Below, one piece after another: positions 9,995 through 18,497 of a DNA stretch of 27,470 nucleotides (within the stretch, counting starts at the first letter, position 1; each line of letters begins with the position of its first letter). The stretch comes from a virus (lineage: Duplodnaviria > Heunggongvirae > Uroviricota > Caudoviricetes), in the IMG/VR virus record IMGVR_UViG_3300038450_000150; one strand, written 5' to 3'. The notes under the pieces were generated by a model that was not told the DNA's origin, ran no database searches, and saw only the letters and a program-made list of their open reading frames with translations. The translations under genes were made by a program, and so were the position numbers.

Positions 9995-10930
9995 TTACAC
10001 CTTATCCCACGTAGGTGGCTCAAGTGCATCCTGAGCTTCGTAGTATGTAAATAAGGTATTGATGATTTTATAAATATCACTCTTTGGATGCCAGTTTTGT
10101 TGTCTTGCAATCTTATCTATATCAAGTGTAGATTCTTTGACATACCCAGGTGCTTTAAAATCAGTCAATGTAAAGTTTGTTTTGTAGCCCTTTGTTGCTG
10201 CAACTTCGGATACTAGTTTTGCTAAATCACCAGTGGAAATTTCCATTCCCATCGAGACATTATATAGTCCTGTATTTTCTGGTAGGTTGAATGTTGGTGC
10301 TTTCATTACAGCATCAACAATATCGTTCACATCTACTAAATCACGATAGGCTTGTCCTTGACAGAATATTTGTTCAGGAATCCCTCTTATTGCACTCCAA
10401 ACCAATCTGTTAGGGAAGCAACGTCCTCTGGTTCCGACAACTGTCCCAAATCTGAAAACAACATTCTTCTTTCCAGACTTGCGTATGATTTCTTCTGCAA
10501 TCCATTTGGAATAGCCATATTGTGATGAAAGATTTACAGGACTGAGCTCCGTAAATTTCCTTCCTTCACCATAAAGATTTGCAGTTGATGAAATTACAAT
10601 CATTTTTGGGTTGATTGCTCTGAGTGCATTGTAAGTTCCAATAGAATTATTGTAGAAAGCATCCTTGCTACCGTGGAACCAGCCTTCTAAGTCCTTAACC
10701 ATTGACCAAGGAGTTGCAGCGAGATGATAGAGTACTTCTGGTGGCTCATCTGGGAACATAAAATCGTCTTTTGACAAGTCACCATATTGATAGATAACAC
10801 CCCTTTTCAATTCATATTTTGGGGTAACTTTGTCAATGTTTATAACTTTCTTTCCAGAAAGCCTTAGTGCCTCAACTAGGTGTGAACCTATGAAACCTGA
10901 TCCACCTGTTACAACTACTATTCCACCCAT
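9995..10930 (-). CDS. NAD-dependent nucleotide-sugar epimerase/dehydratase (extended SDR)
   Basis: VTGGSGFIG, HLAA, YGYSK (YxxxK), FR..TVVG and RDLVDVND. Confidence 0.9.
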   Translation of the reverse strand: MGGIVVVTGGSGFIGSHLVEALRLSGKKVINIDKVTPKYELKRGVIYQYGDLSKDDFMFPDEPPEVLYHLAATPWSMVKDLEGWFHGSKDAFYNNSIGTYNALRAINPKMIVISSTANLYGEGRKFTELSPVNLSSQYGYSKWIAEEIIRKSGKKNVVFRFGTVVGTRGRCFPNRLVWSAIRGIPEQIFCQGQAYRDLVDVNDIVDAVMKAPTFNLPENTGLYNVSMGMEISTGDLAKLVSEVAATKGYKTNFTLTDFKAPGYVKESTLDIDKIARQQNWHPKSDIYKIINTLFTYYEAQDALEPPTWDKV

Positions 10931-11575
10931 TTACTTTTTCTCCTTTACTTTTTTAACACCTATCAATCCAGCCCACATCATCTGACCAGAAAACTCCATA
11001 ACTCCCCACAGCCATCCCTATGGTGAAACTTCTATCAATCCATTAGAATACATAATCCAACTAGCCCAATATCCACTAACTGTTAGATAATATAATGATC
11101 CTGTAAATATTAATCCAAGTATCCAAAACCATTTTGAAATACTTAAAAAATTATATATTTTACCCAGTATAATTACAGTTGCAATCATAATCATTCCAAT
11201 TACAAAATGTGATATACCATAAGTACCAAAAAACATAATATATATATCATTACCAATACCAGTATTTGGTTCGTAAAAAACTTTTTCAACCCACCAAGCA
11301 AAATCATGTGATATTAAAATAGATGCCATGATAACAAGCACCATCACTGAATATCGTATTGTATAATGAATTTGTCTGGTTTCGTAATATAATACTATAT
11401 ACAATAAACACCAAGTCAAAACTGTAATAGAATGTGGAGTAAATGGTGTGAATGGAATTGCTATTCCTCTTATATCAAACAATCCATATCGAAAGATGTT
11501 GACAATGGCAACTATCATTACTACTATTGCAGGAGATAGTGCTAAAAAGTCAAATAATTCACCTTTATTGACCAA
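10931..11575 (-). CDS. Polytopic membrane protein with an in-frame TAG at codon 186 (readthrough or nonsense allele)
   Basis: ORF track stops at TAG 11018-11020. The frame continues GWLWGVMEFSGQMMWAGLIGVKKVKEKK to TAA at 10931-10933, exactly abutting the next ATG. GGTGA RBS precedes the TTG start. Confidence 0.7.
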
Positions 11576-11591
11576 AATTTATTTCACCATT

Positions 11592-12011
11592 TTATTTTAC
11601 TTCCTTTTTTAGGTGAACTTCATAGAATATCCAGATCCAACTACTACAAGCATATGTGCCAGAGATTATAAATATTAATGAAGTTAGCCTTGTCCAAGGC
11701 AAAATCCATGTGATTAGTGAGGCTATAGATAACCCAATACCTATAAGCAACGTCTTAAATGATGTGGGATTATCCATATAAAATTCATCGTGCTTTGTAC
11801 CATCTGCTTCAGTCACGTGAAAGATAGTTGGCTCTGGTAAATTTCTACAAGTTATAAAGAAATATAGAATTACCATAACACCAATAAATCCAATTATAAC
11901 AGAGCTAACGTGCATTTCTGGTGATATAAAATCAAGAATTCCGATTGCTAATATTAAAATTGCTGATGTATATAATGATGCAAGTGTTGGTGGTTCTCCA
12001 ACTATACCCAT
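11592..12011 (-). CDS. Hypothetical membrane protein (~4 TM)
   Basis: TAATG-coupled start; two pairs of hydrophobic helices. Confidence 0.7.
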   Translation of the reverse strand: MGIVGEPPTLASLYTSAILILAIGILDFISPEMHVSSVIIGFIGVMVILYFFITCRNLPEPTIFHVTEADGTKHDEFYMDNPTSFKTLLIGIGLSIASLITWILPWTRLTSLIFIISGTYACSSWIWIFYEVHLKKEVK

Positions 12012-12223
12012 TAGAGCAACCCACCTCTGGCTTCATCCATCTCCTTGAATGTCTGTTTATAGTTGCTTAGAAGCAGAGGTATTCCACTAAGAGGAATATA
12101 GAAAAGCATTATGTGGAAATGATAATGAATCTCTTTCCAAATCCACACATATATGAAAGCAGCCATATCTATTGTAATATATCCTAATCCAGTCAGCTTC
12201 AAAATTTCAAAAATATCTATCAT
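12011..12223 (-). CDS. Small hypothetical membrane protein (2 TM)
   Basis: Coupled at both ends (ATGA, TAATG); hydrophobic. Confidence 0.6.
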   Translation of the reverse strand: MIDIFEILKLTGLGYITIDMAAFIYVWIWKEIHYHFHIMLFYIPLSGIPLLLSNYKQTFKEMDEARGGLL

Positions 12224-13428
12224 TTTCTGGATAGCTCCTTAATTACACGTCTTTGAATTGTGATAAAGAAAATTATTGAAACCAAAGCGACAGAGGATAG
12301 GAACGACACTCCACATAATATGGCCAAGGTTGCAAGCAACTTGCCTTCAGCCAAGTAGACTATAATTGCTTGGATTCCTGCCCACATAGAGAATATGAAG
12401 AGAACCAAGGCTGGTAATCCGAGAACAGTGTATGGTCTTGCCCATATTCCAGACCAGAAAATAGAGTTAATTAGATTTAATCCCTGGGATAGGAGATTGC
12501 TGGCTGGCTTCTCTGGTTTGTTGTATGTTATTACACATGGAACTTCTGAAATTTTCATATTTTCTTCTTTTGCAATATTAAGTATCTCAAGGGAAGCACC
12601 CATTCCATCGTCTGTAATTTTTATGGACTCGATTGCCTTTCTACTGTAAGCTCGGAATCCACACTGTGTATCACCGATTTTGTAGATTAGGTTGAGTGCT
12701 GAGATTACTGCTTTTCTATGAAGAGGAACCTGTTCTCCTGCTAAGAACCTGTTGCCTATCACTATATCTGAGGTTTGTAGAGCAGTTAGGAATCTGGGAA
12801 TCTCATTTGGATTGTGTTGTCCATCTCCGTCCAAAGTGATAAGGGTATCATAGTAGTTTTCTTTTGCATATTTGAATATCTCATAAAGTGCTTGTCCATA
12901 TCCAGACCATTTGAAATCAAGAACTTGTGCTCCAAGAGACTTTGAGATTTCTGCTGTTCCATCCATCGAGCCATTTGATACAACTAGAACATTGCCAAAT
13001 TTTTTGGCTTCTTTTATAACATCACTGATATTATCCTGTTCGTTATGTGCTGGTATCCCTATGAGGATCCTGCTTCTTGTAGTGTGAATTAGGCATCTTA
13101 CATATTCTGAGGAGAAGAGTTGTTTGGATTCCTCTAGGTTGAGAACATCGTCACAGCCTATGATATGATAGTGCTGGGGAACAGAGGCGTATGTCCCGAA
13201 AACCATATAGAAGGTTTCTGTCTTGCAGTTTTGCTCCATATATGAACGTAATCTATCTAGGCAGTGGGCAAACTCTGCTGGTGTTGGTGTCTCTGTATGG
13301 CGGTTTGTGACAACCATAATACGTAAATTGTGTCCTTTTGGTTCCTTTGTTTTAACTATGTAACAGAGATCATCCTGGTAAAGTAATTGTTCCCGTTGTG
13401 GGATTGTGCAAAGGGGGCATTCAGACAC
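12220..13428 (-). CDS. HIT-like domain fused to DPM1-like GT2 glycosyltransferase with C-terminal TM pair
   Basis: N-terminal CPLC...LLYQDD...RH...SVPQHYHII. Then ILIGIPAHNE, SNGSMDGT, GYGQAL, LDGDGQHNPNEI, DTQCGFRAYS. Confidence 0.85.
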   Translation of the reverse strand: MSECPLCTIPQREQLLYQDDLCYIVKTKEPKGHNLRIMVVTNRHTETPTPAEFAHCLDRLRSYMEQNCKTETFYMVFGTYASVPQHYHIIGCDDVLNLEESKQLFSSEYVRCLIHTTRSRILIGIPAHNEQDNISDVIKEAKKFGNVLVVSNGSMDGTAEISKSLGAQVLDFKWSGYGQALYEIFKYAKENYYDTLITLDGDGQHNPNEIPRFLTALQTSDIVIGNRFLAGEQVPLHRKAVISALNLIYKIGDTQCGFRAYSRKAIESIKITDDGMGASLEILNIAKEENMKISEVPCVITYNKPEKPASNLLSQGLNLINSIFWSGIWARPYTVLGLPALVLFIFSMWAGIQAIIVYLAEGKLLATLAILCGVSFLSSVALVSIIFFITIQRRVIKELSRK

Positions 13429-13853
13429 TACTTAACTCCACCAGCCACAGTAGGATAAATTAACTTTAATGCTAGGAATATAATCAGCACAATAATGATT
13501 ATGGAATCACTGAAGATTTTTGGTGCTTTTGCACGTTGCATTATATCACCATAAATTACTTCTGCTTTTCCAATTATAAAACCACCAACACTTTCACAAC
13601 CAATCATAAGGATATATGCAGCAAATGCGTATGTAGCAAACCCAAGTATCGTCATATTTTCAAAGTTTAACACACTTGTGAGAATGTTTGGTTCTATTAC
13701 CATAGCTGTCATTATACCGACTACAAAACCAACAGCAATTTTCATTTGTCTATATTGAAATGTGTCTTTGAATGAATATTCTTCATCTTTATGTTCATCT
13801 GCATCCTCTTTCAGGAATGTCTTGACCTTTTCTTTCAGATCATTTAGGTTCAT
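13428..13853 (-). CDS. Hypothetical membrane protein (~3 TM)
   Basis: Charged N-terminus then hydrophobic segments; its TAG overlaps the downstream GTG start. Confidence 0.7.
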   Translation of the reverse strand: MNLNDLKEKVKTFLKEDADEHKDEEYSFKDTFQYRQMKIAVGFVVGIMTAMVIEPNILTSVLNFENMTILGFATYAFAAYILMIGCESVGGFIIGKAEVIYGDIMQRAKAPKIFSDSIIIIVLIIFLALKLIYPTVAGGVK

Positions 13854-14559
13854 CTGTTATCCCAGCCACAAACTTTTCCCAAGCCTCATCAAATTCCTTG
13901 ATGGTGGTTTCTGTTCTTGGATGGGTTATCATACCCATAAGGACTTCATAGGATACTGTAACAATGTCTGCACCGTAACTGAAGGCTAGTGGAACATCTA
14001 ATGGACTCCTAATACTTCCAGCAATGATCTCTGCTGGTGGATCCCAGTCTGAACCGTGCTCTAGAAGGTAGATATGTGATAGCCTGAAAGCATCTTCAAC
14101 TGCTTCCATATTCTTTTCATTCCAGTCAAGTATGCGGTTATAGAAGAGTGAAACATATCTTGCACCAGCTTCCATAGCAAGAATTGCCTGGGAAGCGGTC
14201 ATTAGACACGTTGCATTTGTTGGGATTCCGTTTTCTGTGAGTTCCGCTATTACTCCAAGTCCCTTGCCATCACTCCACATTGGGACTTTTATTACAATAT
14301 TGCTATGGTTTATATCAAACAAATCCTTGGCTTCGTTGATTAATTCATCAATGGAACCCTTGGAGTTTGTAAGTTCGACACTTATTGGACCATCTACAAT
14401 ATCACAGATATCCGCTATTGCTGATATGTAGGCTTCCTTTGAATACTTCATACCAGATTTTCTGAAGATATTTTGGTTTGTTGTGACTCCATGAATCACA
14501 CCCAAATCCAATGCCTTTTCTATTTCATCTATCTTTGCTGTATCTAAAAAGATTGTCGT
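13840..14559 (-). CDS. tal: Transaldolase (TalC/FSA-like small type); no canonical start codon upstream of the conserved N-terminus
   Basis: In-frame TTIFLDTAKIDEIEKALDLGVIHGVTTNQ, ISVE, IVIKVP (Schiff-base Lys), NATCLM, YVSLFYNR, AGSIR, GADIVT, HPRT. The ORF-track start (14511) omits the conserved FLDTA. 14559 is an ACG codon. Confidence 0.9.
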   Translation of the reverse strand, partial: TTIFLDTAKIDEIEKALDLGVIHGVTTNQNIFRKSGMKYSKEAYISAIADICDIVDGPISVELTNSKGSIDELINEAKDLFDINHSNIVIKVPMWSDGKGLGVIAELTENGIPTNATCLMTASQAILAMEAGARYVSLFYNRILDWNEKNMEAVEDAFRLSHIYLLEHGSDWDPPAEIIAGSIRSPLDVPLAFSYGADIVTVSYEVLMGMITHPRTETTIKEFDEAWEKFVAGITDEPK

Positions 14560-14678
14560 ACCCTCATCATCTCCAAAGCCTTGTATATAATAACTGGAAC
14601 CATAAGACCGATGAGTATGGCTTCCTTAATGCCTATTTCATCGTCTTTGTCCATATAGAACGTTTTTCTCAATGTCAT
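14544..14678 (-). CDS. 44-aa single-TM microprotein
   Basis: MTLRKTFYMDKDDEIGIKEAILIGLMVPVIIYKALEMMRVRQSF; GAGGTG RBS; fills the gap between the DSP gene and tal. Confidence 0.55.
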   Translation of the reverse strand: MTLRKTFYMDKDDEIGIKEAILIGLMVPVIIYKALEMMRVRQSF

Positions 14679-14680
14679 TT

Positions 14681-15058
14681 CTAACACCTCAATAGATCGG
14701 GATTGATTTGCGCCAGAGGATGTTTCTTTTTGACAAAGTAATATGCTTCGTCACGTGACATTCCCATTTTTTCAAGCCAAAGAATTATTATGAATACTGA
14801 TCTGGACATACCAGCTCTGCAACAGACAAGAACTTTCTGATTACTTCCCAGTGCGTTTTCTAAATCTTTAAGAATTGTTGAAAATGCCTCTTCTGGGTTT
14901 GTACCATCATCATTTAAACGAAATTGATAGCAGTTTGGTAAATGACCGAGATCGAAGCCACCAACGTTAATTATATGGTTTATTTCATATTTATTAATAT
15001 CATCCATAGCTATGAAGGAGTCACCAACATATAATCTGTCTAAGATTTTTGTTATCAT
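14681..15058 (-). CDS. Dual-specificity (Cys-based) phosphatase
   Basis: LYVGD, IINV, NDDG acid loop, VLVCCRAGMSRS (CX5R), EAYYFVKKKHP.AQIN. Confidence 0.9.
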   Translation of the reverse strand: MITKILDRLYVGDSFIAMDDINKYEINHIINVGGFDLGHLPNCYQFRLNDDGTNPEEAFSTILKDLENALGSNQKVLVCCRAGMSRSVFIIILWLEKMGMSRDEAYYFVKKKHPLAQINPDLLRC

Positions 15059-15615
15059 TTTTGAACCAGCCTCTTCAACTCGTGGCAGACTAGGTGGGTG
15101 TAAACAGAATGAATTCCCTCAACAACATACACATCCCCAGAACTAATTGTCAGGAAATGTGCGGTTGGGAATAACTTGGCTAAATCTCCACCATTATTCC
15201 CAGAAAGAATGAAGATTTCCCCCTTCTTTTCCTTAGCCAGATTTGCAGCACCTACTAGGTTCTGACTCCATTGCCCAGCATCCTGCTGTCCTGCTCCACC
15301 GTGAACGGTAATCAGGATAAGTCCATCACCTTGAGTGAAATATTTCATTTGTTCGGTGTAGACTCTGCTCCATCCTCTGTCATTTGTGAGTGCTGATAAT
15401 CTAGGTGCATTATCCACCATCGAAGTGACATCAAAACCAAGGTTCATCAAGTCTGATGCAAAATGGCTTGCTGTCGCTAGTGAACCGCCATTACCAGCAA
15501 CAAAAATTCTCTTTCCCATCCTTCTAACAGCCATTAATTTCTGTGAGAAATCTTTAATGTCCTTTATGGATGTTGCCTTGAGCATATCGATTACTACAGT
15601 CTTTGGTTCAATCAA
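15055..15615 (-). CDS. gmhA: Phosphoheptose (sedoheptulose-7-phosphate) isomerase, SIS domain
   Basis: IFVAGNGGSLATASHFASDL, ALTND, SQN, SGNNGG, VEGIH..YTHL. Confidence 0.85.
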   Translation of the reverse strand: MIEPKTVVIDMLKATSIKDIKDFSQKLMAVRRMGKRIFVAGNGGSLATASHFASDLMNLGFDVTSMVDNAPRLSALTNDRGWSRVYTEQMKYFTQGDGLILITVHGGAGQQDAGQWSQNLVGAANLAKEKKGEIFILSGNNGGDLAKLFPTAHFLTISSGDVYVVEGIHSVYTHLVCHELKRLVQK

Positions 15616-16550
15616 GCCTCAATCACTCTGGATCCATTTTGGTAGAATTTGAATGGCACGTATGGTAAGCCAATATTATTCATAGCCTTGATCAATTTAG
15701 CCTTATCCTGATTTTTGGCTGTATAGAACAATAAAAAGCCACCTCCACCAGCACCAATTATCTTTCCACCAAGTGCGCCTGACTTCATTGCTAATTCATA
15801 TGCCTTGTCAATATCTGGATTTGTCATCTCTGGAGTTATCTGACGTTTAGTTTTCCAATGAACATCAAGAGTTCTTCCAAACTCATCATATTCACAGGCT
15901 TCAAGCGCACTGAAACTTCTCTCACCGAGTTGCATTATTTTAAGCATATTTTCATCATCATTGCCAACTTTGGCAAGTATGGGGTTGGCATCTCTTGTGA
16001 AATTTGTGTAGAATAGTGATAAATGATCTTCCAAGCCTGGAACTTCCATCTTTTTACTCATAACAAGTCCAGCCTTATTTATTGTGTAAACACGAATTCC
16101 ACCATAAAGTGCAGTATATTGATCTTGTTTACCAACTGGATGTCCAAGTGATCTATCCAAGTCAAAGGCTAGTTCTGCAATATTATTAATTGGTGTCTTT
16201 GTGTAGACTGAAAGAGCATTAATTAAACCAACAGCAAATGAACAGGAAGAACCCATACCGCTTCCACTTGGTAAGTCGGATAATGTTGTGATATCTACGT
16301 GATCTCTAATGTTAAAGTATTCTAGGGCAACTCTAATGAACTTATGTTGAATATCATCAAGTTCGTTTGCTATCTCTATCCTTGAATATGCCAAACGAAT
16401 TGGACTTTCGAATCTAGAATTAATTGCAACGTAAACAAACTTATCAATTGCAGCAGAAATCCAGAACCCATCGTGTTTAGTATAGAACTCTGGTATATCT
16501 GTACCCCCACCGCCTAGGGGAAGTCTATGAGGTGTTTTGGATATTATCAA
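15612..16550 (-). CDS. hddA: D-glycero-alpha-D-manno-heptose-7-phosphate kinase (GHMP family)
   Basis: PHRLPLGGGGTD, PSGSGMGSS, GKQDQY, GALGGKIIGAGGGGFLLF; adjacent to gmhA. Confidence 0.88.
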   Translation of the reverse strand: MIISKTPHRLPLGGGGTDIPEFYTKHDGFWISAAIDKFVYVAINSRFESPIRLAYSRIEIANELDDIQHKFIRVALEYFNIRDHVDITTLSDLPSGSGMGSSCSFAVGLINALSVYTKTPINNIAELAFDLDRSLGHPVGKQDQYTALYGGIRVYTINKAGLVMSKKMEVPGLEDHLSLFYTNFTRDANPILAKVGNDDENMLKIMQLGERSFSALEACEYDEFGRTLDVHWKTKRQITPEMTNPDIDKAYELAMKSGALGGKIIGAGGGGFLLFYTAKNQDKAKLIKAMNNIGLPYVPFKFYQNGSRVIEA

Positions 16551-17217
16551 CTTTCTTTTTCCTCCAAACTGGTGCGTCTTTCTTAATTGCTAGAAACACA
16601 ATAACTGTACAAATTAGCCTATCTAGCATATAATATGGTGTATTCCAAACTGTCTCATTTGCGTTTGCTGATGGTGGTATATACCAACCAAGCATAAACA
16701 GAGTGGCTATTACAAGACCGAGAACAATTAATCCTAATGATTTTTTATCTGTTTTCCAGCCAGTTGTTTTTAATATGAACCAAACAAACATCAGACTTAC
16801 TAGGTGAAGAACCCAGTCTAACTGGAAACCAAGAATAAATGCGTTTGTGATTAGATATGGAACTTCCCAATAATGAGATCCTATGAACACAACTAGAACA
16901 GATATTGCTATAGCTTGTGGAAAATCCCATTTTTTAACTACCATTAGGTATAATGCAAATACAAATCCAACTCCAATATAGAACATAAACAGAGTTATTA
17001 TTGGATTTGCTTGAATAACATTATTAAGAAATGGGATCATTCCTTTCAATAAATAAGAAATACCCAGAAGCATAATCGCAACGGGCATTAAGACTACCAT
17101 TAAATTGTTTAGTTTCTTGCTTTTAAAATAAAAGAAATACATCCAGAAGATTGGCTGTAACCACACCATTGTGAAGTCAAGTAAAGAATAAAAATCACTT
17201 GTATTCATTGAATTCAA
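16525..17217 (-). CDS. Hypothetical polytopic membrane protein (~7 TM)
   Basis: Long hydrophobic ORF coupled on both sides; HYWEVP polar motif within a TM. Confidence 0.75.
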   Translation of the reverse strand: MNSMNTSDFYSLLDFTMVWLQPIFWMYFFYFKSKKLNNLMVVLMPVAIMLLGISYLLKGMIPFLNNVIQANPIITLFMFYIGVGFVFALYLMVVKKWDFPQAIAISVLVVFIGSHYWEVPYLITNAFILGFQLDWVLHLVSLMFVWFILKTTGWKTDKKSLGLIVLGLVIATLFMLGWYIPPSANANETVWNTPYYMLDRLICTVIVFLAIKKDAPVWRKKKVDNIQNTS

Positions 17218-17777
17218 GTCCTATTTATTGCAAGCCAATCCCATTCTGCTTTGTAGAGTGCAGCTACGTTTTTATCTGTGATTAAAAGCATATTTTCTGC
17301 ATTTTCTGTTTCGGCTGCGGTTGTCCAATTGAAACTTCCTGTTGTAACATAGACACCATCAACAATCATAAATTTATTGTGCATTATTCCAGAACCTGTG
17401 TCAAAGGAAACTTTGATATTTTCATATCTTCCTATATAAGAAAACATATTTCCTTCAGTTCTCTGGGATGGTTCTCCAATAACATATATTTTGATGCCTC
17501 TGTTTCCAGCAGCAATTAAAGCATCTGCAATATTTTGACTTGTAAATGAGTAAATAGCTATGTATATTGTAGAGTTTGCATTGTTAATTAGTTTGATTAC
17601 TTCGTTGGAACAGCTAGTATGTGTTGAGAAAAAGACTTTGACATTTGTTGAATATGGTTCTGGTGGTCCGTGGGCAATTATCCCAGGAAGATTAGAACCA
17701 ATTGACAGTCCTATAATGAATACTACTGCAACTATGATTACTACTCTACTGACATCAATTGGTTCAGCGTCACTCAA
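17214..17777 (-). CDS. Phospholipase D superfamily protein (single HKD, Nuc-like) with N-terminal signal/anchor
   Basis: MHNKFMIVDGVYVTTGSFNWT (HxK-x4-D-x6-GSxN), IAIYSFT, NAENML. Confidence 0.9.
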   Translation of the reverse strand: MSDAEPIDVSRVVIIVAVVFIIGLSIGSNLPGIIAHGPPEPYSTNVKVFFSTHTSCSNEVIKLINNANSTIYIAIYSFTSQNIADALIAAGNRGIKIYVIGEPSQRTEGNMFSYIGRYENIKVSFDTGSGIMHNKFMIVDGVYVTTGSFNWTTAAETENAENMLLITDKNVAALYKAEWDWLAINRT

Positions 17778-18216
17778 CTTTCTTTACCACACCTTTGAAT
17801 AGGTTATCTATTGTTTCCTTAGAAACAGAGACAATAGAACCATTTAGATTAACTTCAAGACTTTGCGTTTCTATATTGGCTGAGATATCCCAATGTTCTG
17901 GCCGACCATTTGGAAAATCGATTCCATAGTTACCTGTGTCTGTTTTGCTAGGTTGATAATCTAGTGTAATTGTGTTTTGGCTTGCACAGGCAAGTAGAAC
18001 AATTGCAGTGATTAGCAATAGTATGGTTATTGAGAGATTGATATAGAAGTCTGAAACAAAATTTACTTGTGTAGTCATTGATGTATAAACACCATATAGT
18101 AAATAGTTACTATATGTATAGTAAGCTGCAAGTGCTGTTATTAATCCATAGAACATAAAAAGCAAGAATACAATGATGTATAGCTTTTTATTCAGTATTT
18201 TTGTATGTTTTGGCAT
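17770..18216 (-). CDS. Hypothetical membrane protein (2 TM)
   Basis: TAATG-coupled; two hydrophobic helices then a soluble tail. Confidence 0.65.
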   Translation of the reverse strand: MPKHTKILNKKLYIIVFLLFMFYGLITALAAYYTYSNYLLYGVYTSMTTQVNFVSDFYINLSITILLLITAIVLLACASQNTITLDYQPSKTDTGNYGIDFPNGRPEHWDISANIETQSLEVNLNGSIVSVSKETIDNLFKGVVKKVE

Positions 18217-18497
18217 TACTTTTCATCCTCAAGATCTGTTGGCTCATATCCCATAGCTTTTATGTATTCTTCAATTGTGTTTGGCTGACCAACTTCGAAA
18301 TCAAAATCATCATTGAACGGACACATTTTGCACTGAGAATCGTCATCCTCACCACCCTGATTTGCTTGTTCTATAATTTCCGTCAATGCACCAACAACCG
18401 AGTTTTTGTACATTCGTATCGTAAAGATGAATCCAAATACCAGTCCTACTGCTATTCCAACTACTATTGCTGAGACTGTATCAAGTTGTAGGCTCAA
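18216..18497 (-). CDS. Hypothetical protein, N-terminal TM and acidic tail with CxxC
   Basis: Coupled ORF; single TM then DDDSQCKMCP. Confidence 0.6.
   Translation of the reverse strand: MSLQLDTVSAIVVGIAVGLVFGFIFTIRMYKNSVVGALTEIIEQANQGGEDDDSQCKMCPFNDDFDFEVGQPNTIEEYIKAMGYEPTDLEDEK

Noticed and set aside
13840-14559. Cyanophage-style talC auxiliary gene for NADPH/nucleotide supply
   Set aside because: No zwf, gnd or cp12 nearby; linkage to gmhA/hddA better fits sedoheptulose-7-P supply.
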